From a virus (taxonomy: Duplodnaviria > Heunggongvirae > Uroviricota > Caudoviricetes), in the IMG/VR virus record IMGVR_UViG_3300033076_001232, positions 206,435 to 250,353 of that record: a stretch of 43,919 nt of DNA, one strand, 5' to 3'. This document shows, piece after piece, positions 43,835 through 43,919 of this stretch; the first letter of the stretch is position 1, and each line of letters opens with the position of its first letter. A program made the position numbers and the translations under genes. The notes beneath the pieces were generated by a model that was not told the DNA's origin, ran no database searches, and was given only the letters and a program-made list of their open reading frames with translations.

Positions 43835-43919
43835 TAGTCAGAACAGGATTCGAACCTGCATGATTTAGTTTCTCTATTTGTAATGTGTTTAGATAGCACA
43901 AAACATCTTAGCGTCTACC
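43835..43919 (-). ncRNA. tRNA-like element 3 (5' part outside window) with 51-nt insert
   Basis: 3' acceptor TCTGACT-A, T-arm GCAGG-TTCGAAT-CCTGT, D-arm end GGTAGA-CGC. Confidence 0.7.

Noticed and set aside
42255-43859. CRISPR array made of the repeated AGTCAG(G/A)ACAGGATTCGAACCTG block
   Set aside because: Repeats are 381-1200 nt apart with whole ORFs between them, match the tRNA T-arm consensus, and no cas genes are present.
4331-43901. Longest-ORF starts at 4331, 4455, 18122, 19446, 26463, 32658, 34903, 39639 and 43901
   Set aside because: They run through promoter motifs, neighbouring genes or a tRNA-like element; downstream ATGs restore the leader and A-rich context.
42254-43919. Calling the three elements ordinary tRNAs with an anticodon
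   Set aside because: No 5-bp stem with 7-nt loop follows the D-arm, so no anticodon can be assigned.
1-43919. Stop-codon reassignment as in some large phages
   Set aside because: TAA, TAG and TGA all end genes at sensible positions and known enzymes are full length in code 11.
1-43919. Prophage, plasmid, bacterial chromosome or eukaryotic giant virus origin
   Set aside because: No integrase, partition or housekeeping operons; bacterial-type terminators and promoters, T4-like Dda/Rnl1 and CTS-like leaders fit a large lytic phage.

Overview
AT-rich, densely coded accessory region of a large (probably jumbo, T4-like) lytic phage. The host is most likely a Bacteroidota species: promoters carry TAnnTTTG-type -7 boxes, start codons have A-rich SD-less upstream regions, and one gene resembles a T9SS cargo. 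No capsid, portal, terminase, polymerase, integrase or CRISPR array is visible, and the standard genetic code reads through. Recognisable genes include an RNA/tRNA repair set (Rnl1-type ligase, metallophosphoesterase, Pnk-type kinase, DRB0094-type ligase, cyclic-phosphate receiver-like protein, CCA-adding enzyme), Dda helicase, an AEP-like protein, DEDDh exonuclease, 5'-nucleotidase, ClpP, GalE, M28 peptidase, acyl-CoA thioesterase, PRTase, SleB-like hydrolase, a LemA-like/TPM-like pair and LamG proteins. Four patterns are not explained by the gene list. (1) Three tRNA-like elements at the right end keep near-identical acceptor stems and T-arms but replace the anticodon arm with unrelated 51-71 nt inserts, and they are interspersed with small ORFs. 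(2) About 15 proteins, including enzymes, share a T4 capsid-targeting-like N-terminal leader ending in (L/I/F/V)-x-E and tend to lie behind a GATATATA motif. (3) Eight copies of a bipartite early promoter have an invariant 11-nt spacer. (4) A ~205-nt ORF-less structured unit lies between a GATATATA motif and a terminator. All protein family calls are motif recognition by eye; no database searches were run.
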